Part shown: positions 61,510 to 64,000 of the stretch, in pieces | How the letters are laid out: the number at the start of each line of letters is the position of its first letter | How positions within the stretch are numbered: the stretch's first letter is position 1 | Assembly: GCA_965112155.1 (NCBI GenBank) | Contig: OZ218101.1 | Reading direction: 5' to 3' (one strand) | Length of the DNA stretch: 64,000 nucleotides | Source: Podarcis liolepis | Lineage: Eukaryota | The notes under the pieces: model-generated | What the model was told of the DNA's origin: nothing | Databases searched by the model: none | What the model saw: the letters and a program-made list of their open reading frames with translations, nothing else | Program-made: the position numbers and the translations under genes

Positions 61510-61751
61510 CAGTGGTACCTCGGGTTAAGTACTTAATTCGTTCCGGAGGTCCGTTCTTAACCTGAAATGGTTCTTAACCTGAAGCACCACTTTAGCTAAT
61601 GGGGCCTCCTGCTGCTGCTGCACCGCCAGAGCACGATTTCTGTTCTTATCCTGAAGCAAAGTTCTTAACCCGAGGTACTATTTCTGGGTTAGTGGAGTCT
61701 GTAACCTGAAGCGTATGTAACCTGAAGCATATGTAGCCCAAGGTACCACTG
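61510..61751 (+). mobile_element. Tigger/pogo-like MITE family B, copy 2
   Basis: TIR CAGTGGTACCTCGGGTTA / TAGCCCAAGGTACCACTG with TA TSD. Colinear with the copy at 55170. Confidence 0.92.
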
Positions 61752-62836
61752 TATATTTATATTTCCCATATACTAAACTACTAGACCACTCCTTGCCCAC
61801 AATTTAATGCTAGGCTTCCTTTATACTCTCTCTCACGCAAACCTGATTTTTTTTTGGGGGGGGGAGGTTACATTTGAGTCTTAATAGCAAATGTTTCCGG
61901 GCTTTCTGGGGTTTCAATAATTCCTGCTACTCCATTCCTGCAAGACTAATTATCTGCTCTGGACTTATTGGCCAGCACTCCACCACATAAAAGGAGGCAG
62001 GAACAGGAAGAAGCTGCTAGCCAATGGACCAACACTTCACATTTAAAGCTTATTGACTCTACCTTCCTGTGATCTGTATCTCTGAACTAGACTGATTTGT
62101 TCTTTTTCTTGTTCACCTTGTGCTAGCCTGCCCCTTCACTATTCTCAACCACTGAACTTATGTCCATAACTTTGCTCAGATGGCTGCCATTGTTTCTGTA
62201 TATTGGAACTATTTGTGCACTCTGCCTATAATATGTAGCTAGTGGTTTCTTATTACCCTGTCCTTTGCCCTGCATTGGCATTACACAAATTTATAGAATT
62301 CTTTTTTGAATGTAGATTGTCCCCACCCTTGTCAGCAGTATGCATTTTCAAAAGCTGAAAACAGAGGACATAAATAATTTTTATTTCTTATCCCATGATG
62401 TGATGCATTTATTTCATTTACAACAGCCCATCACCTTTTCTCTCATTACCCCCACTTACCCATTCAGTGATTTAATCTCATGCTGAATTAGAAATGTTTC
62501 ATACTAGTTTGACTGTTATAAATCTTCTTCAGAAAATATTTACTTACTAACTGAATACAATTTGTCAAAAAAAAAAGGTCAAGGATTGTTGAATCCTTGC
62601 TTACTTTGTAGCAGTATTCATTTAAAATACTGATTTTACTAAAATACTTATTTTATTTTATTGGAAATTTTATTTTATGGGAAATAACTGACATATGCTG
62701 TATTTTTAATGCTATGCAATCAGCAAGAATAACTCATGTGTGGGAATCAATAGCATACCTAGCAATCTTCATCTACTAAAGTAATACCAGCTTAACCTTT
62801 TTGGACTACAAGGATAGTCATTGTGCTGTTTTCCAG

Positions 62837-62873
62837 GATTGGATGGGCCAATTCACGGAAAGGCAATATGGTG
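62837..62873 (+). other. Candidate 37-nt micro-exon containing ATGs
   Basis: Acceptor GCTGTTTTCCAG| and donor TG|GTGAGT, in repeat-free sequence. Confidence 0.3.
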
Positions 62874-63241
62874 GTGAGTGACTGAAAAGCAGCGCAGTGA
62901 AATTAGTAGCTCTCATAAACCTTTCTGAAGGATGGCTGCTTGCTTGCCAGGTGCACTGCACTTCATAGCTTCTTTGTTCTGGCACCTGCCTTCGTTCCTT
63001 AGGACCAGATTGAGAAGTCATTATGCATCTTTGCAAATAACAGCAGAAGGATCCCCATTCAAGTTTTCTTAAAATTATAATGGCAAGTACTCTTGAAGAA
63101 CTGCACGAAGAAGTCAGCAGGTCCATGCTAAAAGATACTTCTAACTTGTTTACTGCATCATCGTATTCTAGTGGGTTCCATTAGAAAGGCTATTCAAACT
63201 GGGGGCTGCATTCTGTGTCAGGAGGACCACTTCACACAATA

Positions 63242-63465
63242 TAGTAGTACCTCAGCTTAAGTACTTAATTCATTCCAGAGGTCCGTACTTAACCTGAAAC
63301 TGTTCTTAACTTGAAGCACTTTAGCTAATGGGGCCTTCTGCTGCTGCTGCGCCGCTGGAGCACAATTTCTGTTCTCATCCTGAAGCAAAGTTCTTAACCT
63401 GAAGCACTATTTCTGGGTTAGAGGGAGTCTGTAACCTGAAGCGTATGTAACCCAAGATACCGCTG
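63242..63465 (+). mobile_element. Tigger/pogo-like MITE family B, copy 3
   Basis: Diverged TIRs TAGTAGTACCTC / AAGATACCGCTG with TA flanks. Colinear with the other two copies. Confidence 0.9.
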
Positions 63466-64000
63466 TATATATTTTCTTTACTCCTTCAATACAGGTAATA
63501 AAATGCAACCATCGACAAGCTGTTCCCACACTGGTTGCATACTATATCTGTCCTACACAGATGTCCTTTCTATGTAGGAAAAACATAAAGTAGGAAGCAC
63601 TAATAAACAACAGGGAAACAAATGCAATTTTGACTCAACACTTACAACCACACTGTCTGATGTTTGACACAATTTGAACCATTGTGATAATAAGCACTGG
63701 GTTAGGGGAGATTACCAGCCACTTATGATATTCAAAATTCTGTATAAAATCCAGTGGTGCTTCAGGGTTTTTAAAACCAGCAGGTGAACTAGAGGTGAAG
63801 CTCAGAAGGTAAGATTAGAAAGAAATTATCATAAACCTGGGCCAAAAGTTTATATTTGATTTCTTTCTAGGAGTAGAAAAACAGGCAGTTGCTTGAGATC
63901 CTGATGCTTCCAAGGGATCAGCCATAGCTGAAACACTGGCCACACAGCCCCAGTTGAATGGCCAGAAATGCGCATGCATGGATTCAGAGACTGGTGCAAG

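Overview
Vertebrate, AT-rich, repeat-dense genomic DNA, very probably from a lacertid lizard. That assignment is inferred from Sauria/Squam1 SINEs, a Squam3-type SINE, a BovB fragment and squamate-type L2/CR1/L1 fragments. I cannot support any intact host protein-coding gene; the window reads as a large intron or gene desert. The three longest ORFs (4494-6763) are frameshifted pieces of one 5'-truncated L2 LINE inserted into a Sauria SINE. The 272-aa ORF at 38207-39025 is a chance SINE/flank/L1 chimera. Several insertions can be delimited exactly from terminal repeats and target-site duplications (TSDs): four solo LTRs (5-bp TSDs), six TA-flanked Tc1/mariner-pogo MITEs, hAT MITEs (8-bp TSDs), a Chapaev3-type element (CACTG ends, TAA TSD), two L1 3' ends, a BovB 3' end and a fold-back Penelope remnant with a deleted hammerhead-ribozyme core. 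Repeat-poor, motif-dense islands (about 54.1-54.8, 60.4-60.95 and 62.8-63.1 kb) are candidate regulatory elements. Two well-formed + strand splice-site pairs (60841-60934, 62837-62873) may mark the 5' end of a transcript. There is a 157-N assembly gap at 20667-20823. I found no convincing novel multi-gene system; the most interesting items concern transposon biology and possible unannotated exons. Family names come from motif recall, not from a database search.
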